DNA of 64,000 bases from Octopus vulgaris (GCA_951406725.2 OX597823.1:91326001-91390000); one strand, 5' to 3'; positions 47,386-62,500 are shown, numbered from the stretch's first letter. Notes: generated by a model from the letters alone, not told the origin. Program-made: numbers and translations.

Positions 47386-49539
47386 TGCCACAGTGAAGCA
47401 GTAAATTACAATAGCATTTATTAAAACAAACATCACCGAGAACATGGTTTCCAAACTTTCAATGGAATATCTTCACCATTTTATCTAGCGATACCCAAAC
47501 TACACATTATTTTAAACAAACATTATTACATACTTACAAACATATTTATATATATACATACATACATATACACATATATATGTGTAAGCATGTATGTATG
47601 TATATATGTATATATACACATACATACATATATATGTGTGTATATGTGTGGTAGCATAAAGATATAGTATGTGACTTTAATCCCGAGGGTGCAAAAAATG
47701 TGTACCTGATGCTGTTTCGAGTTATTTAATGCAGTCTCTTTTAATGCACTATGTAAACTAATCTAGTTTCAAAAAGTGATACAAATATAAAGAAAAAAAC
47801 AAAAAAGAAATTCCAAATATACTTAGAGAACACAGGAACTTACAGTTTTAATAATAAGATAGAACGGAATAAAAGTTTGAATTTTCATATTTCTGATTTT
47901 TGCAAGATAAGAAAGAATTGGGAAGCTTTTTAGAAATATTTCATTTTAGCTAAATTCTGTTTGTTTTTTACATCGTGCTTTTCTTCATCTATAAAGTTCC
48001 AGGACATAGAAAAATGGTCCGATTCTCTTTCTGTTTCTTTCCTTAGCTCTTTCTTATTCTCTGTCTCTTTTCCTCTCCATATATATATACACTCAATTAT
48101 GCATGCATTTAAGTATACACACACATATAAACATGTATTTACATATATATATATGTGTGTGTGTGTGTGTGTATATAAACATATGTATATATATATATAT
48201 AGATAGATATAGATATACACACACATACATACATATGTATATATACATACTTATATGTACATACATATGTACACATATATGTATGTATATATATATATGC
48301 ATAAATATATATATATATATATATATATATTTATGCATATATATGCATATGTATATATATATAAATATATGTATGCATGTATATATGAATATATATATGC
48401 ATATGTATACATATGTGTATATATAAGTATATATATATGTATGTATGTGTATATATATATGTATATATATATGTGTGTATATGTATGTGTATGTGTGTGT
48501 ATACATGCATGCGTGTGTTGTAAACTAATAATTTTACTTTTCCATATTTATTTTGTTCATCAGAGTCCTTAGTTGTTTTTTCTTACCCCATTATACTCCA
48601 GTATCCTCTTCATCTTTCCTGTCGTCTTCATCCCAATCTCCTCCATTCTCTTCTCTCTTCTTCTTCTCCTTCTTTTTCTTCTTCTCCTCCTCCTTCTCTT
48701 CCTCTTCCTATTTACATTTCATCTGTTGCCATTATTTTTCCTTCAGTCTTTGCCTTTATTTTCACATTTCTTCTTCCTTTTTATTCCAATCTCAATCACA
48801 ATATTCATTCTGTTGCTCCGTAACATTTTTCTTTATCAATTCATACATCGAAGTTTAACTATCATAAACAAAACAGAGGATTCTAAACAAACTCCATTGA
48901 GCAGCTTATTTCTATTCCCAGTTGGAGCCACTTCATTTAACCTCACTTTACTAATTGATATCTGCAGGAAAATTACACATTAAAATCACCCGTTCAGACT
49001 CTAAGTACCCTAAATAAACTCCTCTAATCTCATGTCTCTATCAGAATTAATCTTATTTTTAAGGCAGCGAGCTGGCAGAAATATTTGCACGCTGAGCGAA
49101 ATGCTTAGTAGTATTTTGCCTGTCCTTACATTCTGAGTTCAAATTCCACCGGGGTCGACTTTGCCTTTCATCCTTTCAGGGTCGATAAATTAAGTACCAG
49201 TTATGCACTGGGGTCGATGTAATCGACTTAATCCGATTGTCTGTCCTATTTTGTCCCCTCTGTGTTTAGCCCCTTGTGGATAGTAAAGAAATAAGTATTT
49301 CGTTTGTCTTTATGTTCTGAGTTCAAATTCCACCAAGGTCAACTTTGCCTTTCATCCTTTCGGGGTCGATGAATTAAGTACCAGCTGTGTACTGAGGCCG
49401 ATGTAATCGACTGGCCCCCTCCTCACAAATTTCAGGCCTTGTGCCTAAAGTAGAAAAGAATTAGTTTTATTTTAACAGGCACTTATTCATATTTCAACAG
49501 GCACTATTCCGTGTCGAGTTCATACTGACACTTGACCAA

Positions 49540-49810
49540 CGTGTTCCAGTTGACCCAGTCAACAGAACCCCCAGATTGGGAAATTAATGTGCAAGTGGCT
49601 GAGTACTCCACAAACATTCGTACTCTTAATGTAGTTCTCCAGGAGATTCAACATGACAAAGAATGCAACAAGGCTGACCCCCTTTGAATTACTGGTACAA
49701 CTCATTTTAGCTGAGTGGACTGAAGCAACATGAATACAGGACACAGTGTTACACTGGGAATCGAACTCATGGCTTAACGATCATCGCCAAGTACCTCACC
49801 ACATGCTTTC
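49540..49810 (-). mobile_element. tRNA-derived SINE, family D (second copy ~58530-58885)
   Basis: Both copies share gttccagttga...gaaattaa..t..aagtggctgagtact.caca..ca...gtac..ttaatgtagttctc..ggagattca. B-box-like gggaatcgaactc lies on the opposite strand. Confidence 0.7.
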
Positions 49811-50489
49811 ACTCGAGCACTTCTTTTATGTTTGTTAGTAACAAACTGTAATCTAACTCTAATTAACCATTCTGCTACACGTGGTTTCACATATTTTCTT
49901 TGTTTAATGGCTGCATCCCATTTGACACTTAAGTGATTACTAGAGCAATGGAATGGAAGAGAACTGGAAATCTGTCCTGAATGTTTCCAAGTGAATGATC
50001 TCAGCTCAAAGAACCCAATGGTTAACTGGAAGCATTAAATCAGAAGTTACCTTTTATCAATCACCCACACATTTAGTGAAGCGTTGGTATTTATTCCTGT
50101 TGGTATTCGTAAAACAAATGGAAAGTAACCTGAGTAGATTTGAGACCTCCTGAGATCCATTTGTTTGACAATCATTTGTGTAGCCAACATGTATCTAGGC
50201 TGCCATGTTTTTGCATTCAAAATATTGATTTCTAACATAAGGGCATGGAAACCTTTCTGTCGAAGAATCAAAGTTGATGAGATAAATCCAATATTAAGGA
50301 AAATCAATAACAAAATCAACTTTAATGACACTTGATCTCAAAACAGAGAAAGCCATTAGCAGCAGCAGCATTTTAACTTCCACTTTTCCATGCTGGCATG
50401 GGTTGGATGGACTTTCATGAAGCACATTTTCTATGGTTAGGTGCTCTTCTTGCCACCAAATTTCATCTGTGTCTGAGCAAAGTAATCTT

Positions 50490-50720
50490 TGTAGTAAAGA
50501 TTGTTTGCCAACATAACATGGCAGTCCTGGTTTAGGTCGAATGTTGGTGTAATTTAGCCCCAGGAGACATCATCTCGAGCTGGCTATACAACACGATCTG
50601 TGTCCTTATACCTTCAAACAAGGGAATCTAGCACCCCAACTCAGCTCAAAACAATATCTGTGTATCATGATTTCTGTGTTATTTCCCTTCATCAGCACAG
50701 AATAACTGTTCAGCTAGAAG
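50490..50720 (+). mobile_element. One-armed copy of the 27253-27728 foldback element, inserted in a SINE/RTE tail
   Basis: tgtagtaaagattgtttgccaacataacatggcagtcctggtttagg...agggaatctagcacccc...cagcacagaataa, with taatctt on both flanks. Confidence 0.8.
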
Positions 50721-51405
50721 TTAATCTTCTCCCAGAACCAGAGATGTCTCTGCAGAATATTGGAAGTAGAATGACACTGATTGTATGACAGTGGCATTCA
50801 GTAGTTTACTACCATTGTGCAATGCCAAGACAAGGGGAGACAAACACACACACACACATATATATATATATCATCATCATCATCATCATCATCATCGTTT
50901 AACGTCCATTCTCCATGCTAGCATGGGTTGGACGGTTCGACCAGGGATCTGGGAAGCCAGGAGGCTGCACCAGGCTCCAGTCTTATCTGGCAATGTTTCT
51001 ACAGCTGGATGCCCTTCCTAACGCCAACCACTCCGTGAGTGTAGTGGGTGCTTTTTACATGCCACCTGCACAGGTGCCAGGCGAGGCTGGCAATGGCCAC
51101 GGTCAGATTGGTGTATTTTATGTGCCACCGGCACGGAAGCCAGTCAAGGCGGCGCTGGCATCGGCCACGAGTCGGATTGTGCTTTTTACGTACCACCAGA
51201 CCAGGGATCCTGGCTGGTTCAATTCGATTTCGATTTCGCAGGCCCCAACATGTCTTCGCAAGCAAAGGGGGTTGGCATGGGTGCCTGTCGTCGGATGAGG
51301 TTCTATATCGACTTCGCTTGCCTCAACAGGTCTTTGTGTCCAAGGGAGGAAAGGCATTCATAAGTGGGCTGGGCTCACTTGTCCTGCCTGGTCTTCTCAC
51401 GTACA

Positions 51406-51448
<43 letters not shown>

Positions 51449-51449
51449 C

Positions 51450-51488
<39 letters not shown>

Positions 51489-51594
51489 CACTCACATGCA
51501 TTCACACATAAACACATTAGTGCACCTGCACACACACACACACACAGAAATATATAGACACACACACACATTAACACACACACTCACACACACA

Positions 51595-51638
<44 letters not shown>

Positions 51639-54099
51639 TGCACACATGACAGACTTTCAGTTTTTGCTCACCCAATCCACTCACAAGATTTTGTTTTTGA
51701 GCTACAGTAGAAAACACTTGCCCCACATGCCTTATAGCAAGATGGAACCCAATACCACATGTTTGCAAGCCAAACGTCTTAACCACACAGCTGCACCTAC
51801 ACCTTAGCACAAAAAATATACAATGAAAAACTAACAGAAATCACTTTAATCTTTAAACATCAAGTAAAACTTTTGTGACAAGTCTTTGACCCCTACACTC
51901 ACAAACTGAATCAATCTGATGTGTTTCTGCAGAATTTCCTAATGGTTGACGTCACCCCAAAAGCTTGGATCCTCTCAAAAACATGACATAAAACATAGAC
52001 GTAATGTGATGCTCACTAGGACCAGCAAGTTGATAATGACAGGGATCAAACATAATTTATTAACCCCATGATTATTTGTGAAGAACTTGATGACCACAGG
52101 AATTGAACTTGAAGCTGTACACCTAAAAAGAAGACTTCTTAATTTAGAAATTTTATGTTTCTAAATATCTCAGAGAGATATAAGCAGTGGTGGCACAATA
52201 GAGCAGTTGTATACTGTCAACTTAATGTGACAGTCCCATGAAGGGAATCACACCACCGCTATTTAGCCCTAGGAAGCATCAACACTTCCTGCTGGCCTTG
52301 ACACATTTCCTGTGTCCTTATGTTTACAAGGGGGAGACAAGCACCCCCATCCAGCTAAGCCTGCATCCAGAGACTAGTTTCTGAGTCTTGCTCAGTTTTC
52401 CAGATTTCATTTTATGACACTTTAACTTATTACTGACATGTCACAAAATGAAACTGAATCTGGCAAATTTTATTTTTGAGATGAAACAACACTCGGGTGA
52501 TTGAAAGCTCATCTTTATCATTTAACGTCCATGTTCCATGCTGGCATGGGTTGGAGAAGTCGACAGGATTCAATAAGTCTGAAGACTGCATCATGTCACA
52601 AGGCTAACTTTCTCAAGTGTTCCATGGTTGAATGTCCTTCCTAATACCAACCACTTTGCAATGTCTTCAGTGTGCTTTTGGGGTTTTCTTCTCATGGCTT
52701 CAACACTAATGAGGTCACCATGCAGTCTACAAGACTAGAAACTGCTTTGAATTAGTGGGGTTGCAGTAGAGAGGGAGGTGGCTTTGTACTATGGAATGGA
52801 AAATTAAAGTGTGAGGGAAAGGGCCAGAACTGAATGTGACAATCATGGACCCTTGAAACACAAACTGAATTGATCCAATGTGTTTCCACACTCTTTTCTA
52901 ATGGTTAATGTCACCCAGAATGATTGGATCCACTCAAAACGATGGCATTAAAGAGACGCAGAGGTGCTACATAATTACACATAATATAGAGGAGAAGGTG
53001 GAGCCAGAAAGAGGTAAAGATCAATCATGGTGATGAGGTGTAGGGGTGGACCATCAAAATAGGAGAGGAAGAGAAGTGAGTAGAGACAATGGGACAGGGA
53101 GTCTGGGTGTGTAGAGGTTGCAAGAATGAGAAATGGATGGCGACAGAAAATGTGTGAGAGGGTAAATATCATTATGCAGAGCAAGTGACTGTGTGGTAAG
53201 AAGTCTGCTTTCCAACCACATGGTTCCGGGTTCAATTACCACTGCAGGGCATCTTGGGCGAATGTCTTTTACTATATCCACAGGCTGACCAAAGTCTTGT
53301 GTGTGGAATTGGTGGATGGAAACTAAATGAAGCCTGTCGCATATATGTATGTGTGTGTGTGTTTGTCTTTGTACCTGTGTTCATCTCCACAACCACTTGA
53401 CAACTGGTGATGGTGTGTTTATGTCCCCATAACTTGGCTGTTTGGCAAAAAAAAAAGAGCCCAATAGAATAAGAACCAGATTTATAAAAGAAAACAAAAT
53501 AAAGCAAAGAAAAAAGCAAGTACTGGTGTTGATTCATTCAACTGAAATATTCTTCAAGTTGGTGCTCCAGCATGGCCGCAGTCTAATAACTGAAACAAGT
53601 AGAAGATAAAAGATACAAGATAAAGTGTTGAGGGATGATAGGTACAGAAGGCAAGGGAGAGTAGGTGACAACTGTAAAGATCTGATAAACTGTGACAGAG
53701 CAGCATGTGAAATTAGGTTTAATTGATCGTTTATTTATATTGTTATTTTCTTTATTTCTTTTGTTCATTTCATGTTTGCTGAAATGAATAAGATTTTAAT
53801 TAACAGAATAAAAGCTGTTGAAAGGTAATTGTGAAACTTGACAGAATGCAACAGGATCTGATGAAATTACTCAAATATCTAATGCTGAAGATTTCTGTAT
53901 TATTGACGAAGAAACCTGCTGGAATATTTCTAAAACCATTTTATTTATTTTTTTTTTATCCAATGAAAAATTATGTGAAATTACATTTCAGAATTTTTTG
54001 GTGATGAAAGGAAATTGTTATCTCCTTGTTGTTTCTTTGGTAAAATATACTTGCGAATGTAAGTAATGTAAGCTAAATGAACTAAAATGCAATTTTATA

Positions 54100-54527
54100 T
54101 CAGCATCATCATCATCATCATCGTCGATGTCATTGTGGTCGTCGTCATCTTTGTCATCATAATCATCATCATCCTCATCGTCGTTGTCGTCATCATCATC
54201 ATTGTCATCATCATCATCATCGTCATCATTATCACCATCGTTGTCATCATCATCATCATCATCATCGTCATCGTCATCATCATCATTGTCATCATCATCA
54301 TCATCATTATCACCATCGTTGTCATCATCATCATCATCATCATCATCCTCATCGTAATGATCATCTTCATTGTAATGATGATGATCATCATCATCATCCT
54401 CACCATCATTGTGTTGTCGTCATTGTCATCATCATCATCATCATAATCATCATTGTCATCACCATCATCATCATCATCGTCGTCGTTGCCATCGTTGTGT
54501 TGTCGTCGTTGTCATCATCATTATCAT

Positions 54528-54560
<33 letters not shown>

Positions 54561-54655
54561 CATCATCATCGTCGTCATCATGGTCATGATCATCATTGTC
54601 ATCACCATCACCATCGTCATTATCGTCGTTGTCACCACCGTCTTCATCCTCATCC
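54100..54655. repeat. Degenerate (CAT/CGT)n microsatellite
   Basis: Direct inspection. Confidence 0.95.
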
Positions 54656-55404
54656 CTGTTTAATGTCTTTTTTCCATACTGGCATTTGTTGGATGGTTTG
54701 ACAGCAGCTGGCAAGCCAGAAAGCCACACCAGGCTCCATTTGCCCGAGTGTACTGGGTGCTTTTTATGTGGCACATGTGATTGTTCACATGGTGTAAGCA
54801 CAGATGGCTTTCATGGGGCACGAGTGGGGTCACTAAGTGACTTGCAAGATAAAGCCCTCTCATTTAAGAGTGGGAGTGGAACTGAGGAAAGATGCTGTGA
54901 TCCAGGTGAGAGATTAGAGTATAAAAAAGGGACAGAGGCAGTTGACTTACTAGAGAGGGGATGCTTGGCTACCTTCAAATATAATCATTTGTTAGGGAAG
55001 TCAGAATCTTTCAAGAATCTTCCTGGAATTTATTAAGAAGAAACATCTTACTGAATAAATAATCATAAACATTTTAACAGGCGTAGGTGTGGCTGTGTGG
55101 TAAGTAGCTTGCTTACCAACCACATGGTTCTGGGTTCAGTCCCACTGCATGGCACCATGGGCAAGTGTCTTCTACTATAGCCTTGGGCCGACCAAAGCCT
55201 TGACAACCCCTGTCCCGTTCTTGACTGGTACTTAATTTTATTAACTCAGAAAATATGAAAGGGAAAGTCACACTTGGTGGTATTTGAACTCAGTATTTTA
55301 TAAAGAAAAGTCACTAAGCATTTTAACTGACATGCTAACGATTCTGCCAGTGTGCCACCTTAATAATAATAACAACAACAACAATAATAATAATAATAAT
55401 AATA

Positions 55405-55908
55405 GGTCATTGAAAATGAGAAAGCAACCATACTATGGGATATGCGAATACATACAGATAGAGAAATTAAGACTAATAGGCCAGATATAGTTGTCAGAGA
55501 TCATGAAGGAAAAAAATGCTTTCTAATTGATGTATCAATACTAACAGATGACAATGTTTCTCTAAAAGAAATGGAGAAACTTTCAAAATACAAAGATCTG
55601 GAAATAGAGGTAACTCAAATGTGGAATCTAAAAACAGAAACAATTCCTAATACACCACGGTATTTTTATCATATACTTATGTATGTGTGTGTGTGTGTGT
55701 TTGTGTGCATAATACATAACAAAAACACCAGGACTAACTAATATATATAACATACAGAAAATAGCACTACTAGGCACCGCACACATCCTACTTAAAGCAC
55801 TCTCAATGCAGTAACAATAAGAGCATCACAACAAACCACAGTACATACCCACAGCATACAGAGCTGCACTCATTAGTGCAGTGAAAGCACATTATAAAAA
55901 TAAGACTA

Positions 55909-55966
<58 letters not shown>

Positions 55967-56930
55967 TTCATAATAATAATAATAATAATAATAATGATAA
56001 TAATAACAATAATATTTCAGACAGATTGTGTAATTGAACCCTGTCAGCAGATATTGTCATATTAAATAAGAGAGAGACAAATACTGTCAGATCATTGATG
56101 TAGCCATACCAAATGACATGAATGTTGTGAGTAAAGAGGTTGAAAAAAATCACCAAGTACTCCGAATTGAAAGTGGAAATGGCAAGACTGTATGGAATGT
56201 GAGAGGGTAATGTAAAAGTGATACCAGTGGTGATTGGAGCTTTGGGCTCAATCTCATTGAAACTTCAAGACTTCTTAAGGCAACTGGAAATCCCATGCAA
56301 GATTGATGTCTTGCAAAAAGCAGCCTTATTGGGTACGGCGCACATCTTAAGGAAAGTATCCTCTGTCTGAGGTCCTTGTTGGTGATTTGACAGATGACTA
56401 AAGACTGGTGCATTGCTATCTTACACTGTGTTACGAAGGAATAATAATAATAATAATAATAATAATAGCAAAAGTAATAATGGAATTTGGAATCAAGAAG
56501 TGCGGAGTAGTCTACCTAAAAAGAAGCAAGGTACAGTCCCTAGCAGGGATAGAATTACTGAATAGAGATTTGATTAGAGTGCAGTGAGTTAATGGAAAAG
56601 AAAATGAAAGAACAACTGAGGACGGAGTATTTCCGAAGACTGAAGTTGGTGTTACAATCAAAATTTTACTGGATGGAATGAAATCCAAGCAGTTAATATG
56701 AGGGCGAAAGCATCACTTCGGTATGGAGCAGGAATTATTAAATGGAAAACGAGAGAAGTGAAGAAATTGGATACCAAGACCAGAACAATGTTGACAGTAC
56801 ATGGAGCCTTCCACCCTAAGAGTGACACTGATAGATTGTACTTGTCCAGAGGAAAGGGTGGAAGAGGTTTGATCAGTTGTTTGGACTGTATTGAAGCAGA
56901 GGAAATCAGCCTAGGGTTGTATATAAAAAA
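55405..56930 (+). pseudogene. Three successive R4/Dong-type fragments (55405-55912, 56015-56440, 56478-56930) separated by (AAT)n
   Basis: TILWDMRIHTDREIKTNRPDIVV...LIDVSI...EMEKLSKYKDL; IDVAIPND...IPVVIGALG...LQKAALLGTAHILRKV; EFGIKKC, LRYGAGIIKW...HGAFHPKSDTDRLYLSRGKGGRGL. Confidence 0.85.
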
Positions 56931-57824
56931 TGATGATTTTGATAGTGATGATGATGATGATGATAATGATGATAATGAAGATGATGAAAATGTTGATAAA
57001 GGTGATAAGCCCAGTCATTTATGTGGGGGCAGCAAGTCAATCACATAAACCCCTTCCCCCCAGTGCCCAGCTGGTACTTTATTATATTTACCCTGAGAGG
57101 ACGAAAGGTGAAGTTGACTTCAGTGAGATTTGAACTCAGAATATAATGAGTTTGAGGAAGAAATGGCATTTTGTACGATGTGCTAACGACTCTACAAGCT
57201 CACTGCTATAACAACAACAACAACAACAACATCAACAACAAAAACAACAACAATAATAATAACAACAACAACAACAACAACAACAATAAAAAATTAAAAT
57301 TATAACAAAAACAAAAAAAATAATGATAATTATTATTATTATAACAATGGTGGCAATGATAACGACAATGATTACAATTATTATGATGTTGATGATGATG
57401 ATGACGATGATAATCACAGCAACAATGACAATAAAGTCAGTGATGATGATGGCGACAATGGTAGTGATGGTGGTGATGATGACAACCACATTAACAAAAA
57501 TGATGATGGTGATGGTGATGCTGGTGAACATTAACCCTGATGGTGATAATGATTTTGGGGGCATAACAATGTTGATGGTTATACTACAAACGATACAACC
57601 ACCAGTAATGGTGATTTTAACACTGACGATCTTTCAGTGATTAATTAACACAAACATCAAAGTGGAAAGAGTTAGTCATGACACACATGCATATAACTGT
57701 GCCATTAGATAGTAGAGATTAGCAGAGAATGGGAAGAAAAATCACAATGAAAAAGCCCTGAAATCAACCAATAATATGTAAATGCAGCATGTGTTATCTG
57801 AGGGACAAAACGTTGAAACACGTC

Positions 57825-57864
<40 letters not shown>

Positions 57865-57873
57865 CTATATACA

Positions 57874-58003
<130 letters not shown>

Positions 58004-58040
58004 TGTATATATATTTATATATATATATATATATATATAT

Positions 58041-58087
<47 letters not shown>

Positions 58088-58364
58088 ATATATATATAAA
58101 TGTAGTGGGTGTTTTACCTGTCACCGGCGTGAGGGCTAGTTCAGTGGCACTGGCAATGCCCTCACTCGAATGTTTTTCACGTACCACCTGCACAAGTGCC
58201 AGTAAGGTGATGCTGGTAATGATCACGGTCGAATAGTGCTTTTTATGTGCCACCAGCAGAGGGGTCAGTCAGTGGCCCTGCCAACGATCATGCTCAGATG
58301 GTGCTCTTAGCACTCCACTAGCATGGATGCCAGTCATGCGGTGCTGTCTTCGAATTTGACTTTG

Positions 58365-58404
<40 letters not shown>

Positions 58405-59254
58405 TATAAAAATACGTGTATGTACATTCATCAAGGAGTATATATATATTTGCAAATATATATATATATACGTATAGATGTATGTACATACACGTATTTT
58501 TATATGCATATATATGGTGGTTACGACGATGAGGGTTCCAGTTGATCTGATCAATGGAACAGCCTGCTTGTGAAATTAACATATAAGTGGCTGAGTACTT
58601 CACAGACACATGTACCTTTAATGTAGTTCTCAGGGAGATTCAGCATTACACAAAGTATGACAAGGCTGGCCCTTTCAATTACAGGTACAACAGAAACAGG
58701 AAGAAAGTTTGAGAGAAAGTTATGGAGCAAGAGTACAGCAGGGTTTCCCACCATCCTCTGTCGGAGCCACGGGGGCTTTACGTGTTTTCACCCAATAAAC
58801 ACTCACAATGCCTGGCCTGGGATATGAAACTGCAATCTCATAACTGCAAGTGTGCTACCTTAATCACTGGGCCATTGCACCTCCATATATATAGAATAGT
58901 GTAACAACAAGGCACCAATATATATTCTTTTATTCTTCTATTCTTTTATTTGTTTCAGTCATGTGACAGCGGCCATGCTGAAGCACTGCCTTTAGTCAAA
59001 CAAATTGGCCATAGGACTTATTCTTTGTAATCCTTGTACTTATTCTATTGGTCTCATTTGCTGAACTGCTAAGTTACAGGGACGTAAACACACCAACATC
59101 GATCGTCAAGCAATGGTGGGCAGAGGACAAACACAAACACACACATTATTGTATTTGTGGATGGTCATGTTGCCAGTTTAGCCGATAAAAACACACACAC
59201 TGTATATTTGGTGTTAACTTGCTTCAGCTTTATTTTATATTAATTATATTTCGT

Positions 59255-59294
59255 CCAGAGTTCTTTCGTCACACTTCTGTGACCTCATCAGTGG
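59255..59294 (-). ncRNA. Minimal hammerhead ribozyme-like motif with intact core
   Basis: Minus strand reads cca-CTGATGA-g-gtcac(agaagt)gtgac-GAAA-gaac-TC-tgg. Stem I is cca/tgg and stem II is a perfect 5 bp. A decayed relative lies at ~39078-39115. Confidence 0.65.
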
Positions 59295-59396
59295 TCCTCT
59301 GCTTTCTTCTTTCTTTTTTTGTGTCTCTCCTTACTAACGGTCAGCCATTTTGTATTTTGTATTCCTATTTTATGTGTCTTTATTTGTGCATGCGTA

Positions 59397-59848
59397 TACC
59401 TCTATGTGTGTCTTTGTTTAGCCATTGTGTGTGTGTGTGTGTGGGGGGGGCAATGTACTTGCATTATCAGTATCCTTTGTTTATACACGTTTGTTTAATT
59501 TACCTTTATTTATTTTATTCATTTGTTTATATCTAATTACTTTTCCTTTTCTTTCTATATATTTTTTGTATTTAATTTGATTTATTTTGTTAATGTATAT
59601 AGTCATTTCATTACATTTATTTATCTGTGAATTGTATTATATATATATATATATATATATATAGATAAATAAATAAATTCAAGTAAATTAAATAGAAAAA
59701 AAAACAGAAAAGAAAAAGTAAGTAGATATAAACAAATGAACAAAAAATAAAAGTAAATTAAATGAAAGTGTATAAGCAGGGGGTACTGGTAATGCAGGCA
59801 CATCCCTCCACACACACACACTTACTAAACATAAACACAGACAGGTGT
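59397..59848. repeat. Diverged inverted duplication around a (TA)n core
   Basis: 59397-59560 (tgcattatcagtatcctttgtttatacac...tcatttgtttatatcta) matches the reverse complement of 59695-59848 (tgcattaccagtacccctgcttatacac...tcatttgtttatatcta). Confidence 0.8.
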
Positions 59849-60747
59849 CTTTCGTCTAAGGATGAATTAAATTAAGCTGGCGTGTGTGGAAGTTAATGTC
59901 TTGTTTGTATTTGTAATTGTGTACCAATTCTCCGTTTTTTCTATCCTTGTTTATGTATGCATTCAGTTGCTTTCTTCCAAGGAATCTAGTGCTCTTAGCT
60001 TAGATTTTCTTGGGGTCAACCAGATTAGAGCAGTCTCGAGTGTAACTGGCTGAAACTGCGATGACAATCTGGAACTCAACTGACAATAGAAAGCTCTGAA
60101 TGACCCGTCCTTGTTTTTTCCTGTCCCTTTTGTATCGCTTAGCTCTCTGGATTTTTTGTTGTTGCCTGTTAATTTTTGTTCCATTTTTTTAATATAAATA
60201 CATCTAGTGGCATATGTGCACTCATGGTCTCCTATATATATACATATATGTATGTACCTACATCTACATGTATATATACATGCATATATAAATATATATA
60301 CGTGAGCACAGGACACCACAAATAGACGTAGAACTCAACGAGAAACGAAAGCGTAAAAACAAACATGGAAACGGACCTTTTTTAACAACAAAAAAACAGA
60401 GTACAAGACAAACAACACAAGGAAAATTCCCCTTCATCAGCTGTCCCTAGTACGACTCCATGCGTGTTTCAAAGGTGAGGACAGAACACAACTCGTCGAA
60501 CTAGCCCTTCCTGCGAAAGAATTAAATAAAATTCCTTTGCAGAGTGGTAAAAACAAGGAAAGAAAAAATGTGACAAATACAGGACGTAAAAACGATACAA
60601 ATAAAATTACAAAATAAAATACAAAATAAAAATACAGTACAAGAAATAAAAACAAACAAGAAAACAAACAATGAGGGCCTTTATGCATGTATGTATATAT
60701 GTATATATATATGTATATATATATATGTATGTATGTATGTATGTACG

Positions 60748-60783
<36 letters not shown>

Positions 60784-60793
60784 GATGTATGTA

Positions 60794-60852
<59 letters not shown>

Positions 60853-61080
60853 CGCTGTGACCCTTTGAAGTTAGTCATTCGCCATGATAGATGGCTAGCT
60901 ACTAAATCTTTTTTTTTCATTTTCTCTCTCTGCTTATTTCTATGTTCCTTTCTATTGAAGCGTGTAGGCTCAAAATTTAAAAGACTTTCTCACTTCCTGA
61001 GTGTTAAACTAATACATCTGTTTGTTGTCTACACACCTGTCTTCATCTTTTGTTTTGCTTTTTATAAATCCCAACTATAT

Positions 61081-61220
<140 letters not shown>

Positions 61221-61455
61221 TCATCATCATCATCATCATCGTTTAACGTCCGCTTTCCATGCTAGCATGGGTTGGATGGTTCAACTGGCGTCTGTGAAGC
61301 CAGAAGGCTGCATCAGGCCCAGTCTGATCTGGCAGTGTTTCTACGGCTGGATGCCCTTCCTAACGCCAACCACTCCGTGAGTGTAGTGGGTGCTTTTTAC
61401 GTGCCACCCGCACAGGTGCCAGATGGAGCTGGCAAACGGCCACGAACGGATGGTG

Positions 61456-61495
<40 letters not shown>

Positions 61496-61871
61496 TACAC
61501 ACACACACATATATATATATATACATATACACATACACACATAATCATCATCATCATTTAATGTCCATAAACTATACTGGCATGGGTTGGAGACTTTCAC
61601 AGGAGCTGATGGATAATAAAAGAACCACACCATGCTCTAGCGTCTGCTTTGACAATGGTTTCTACTGTTGGATGCCCTTCCTAATACCAACCACTTTACA
61701 GAGTGGACTGGGTGCTGAATTTTCTCAAGCCACCAGCACAAGTGAGGTCGCCATGTGGCTGGCAAAGCTATGAAACCTGTGATGGAGGCAGTAACAGCCT
61801 TACGTAAGGAGATGAAGGATTTAAGTATGAAAAAGTTATGTGAGGGTCACACACACATGCACACACGTATA

Positions 61872-61929
<58 letters not shown>

Positions 61930-62469
61930 TCAAGGTTGACGTACATTAGAATATCTACACACTCAACTAAATTCCTTCCAGAGTGCTACACCAGCAGAAA
62001 AAAGACAGGTCATAATTCCTAATTAGATATTTTTAAAAAATCATTATCAAATTGATAAATTTGACTCTTTTGAGGTTAATTTAATAACATATAATCCTTC
62101 TTTTCTAAGAAATAAACAAAATTTAACAAAAACTCAAAAGTATTCATTGGAGATGAAAATGCAATTGAATGGAATTGAATTAAGCTTCCAGAAATTAAAG
62201 GAAATACCTTGAGAGTCTTCATGTTTTTCAAGTTATCTTGGAAACCTGTAAAAGACTTCCGCAGCAGAAGCAACATTAAAATTAAATGTAAATGGCTAAG
62301 TAGTAAGTTTGTTAAGGCAAAAAAAAAAGAAATAATGTAATTATTAAAAAAGAAACAAGAATTAGTTTCTTGTTTATGAGCGCTAAATAAGAAAGCATGC
62401 ACGTATGCTTAAATAGATATACATATATATACATACATACATATATATATATACACACACACACACACT

Positions 62470-62500
<31 letters not shown>

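Noticed and set aside
60425-60520. Additional hammerhead on the minus strand (gaaacacgcatg...cagCTGATGAagggg), and a similar weak case at 30775-30810
   Set aside because: The core pieces are present, but the stems could not be paired convincingly by eye.
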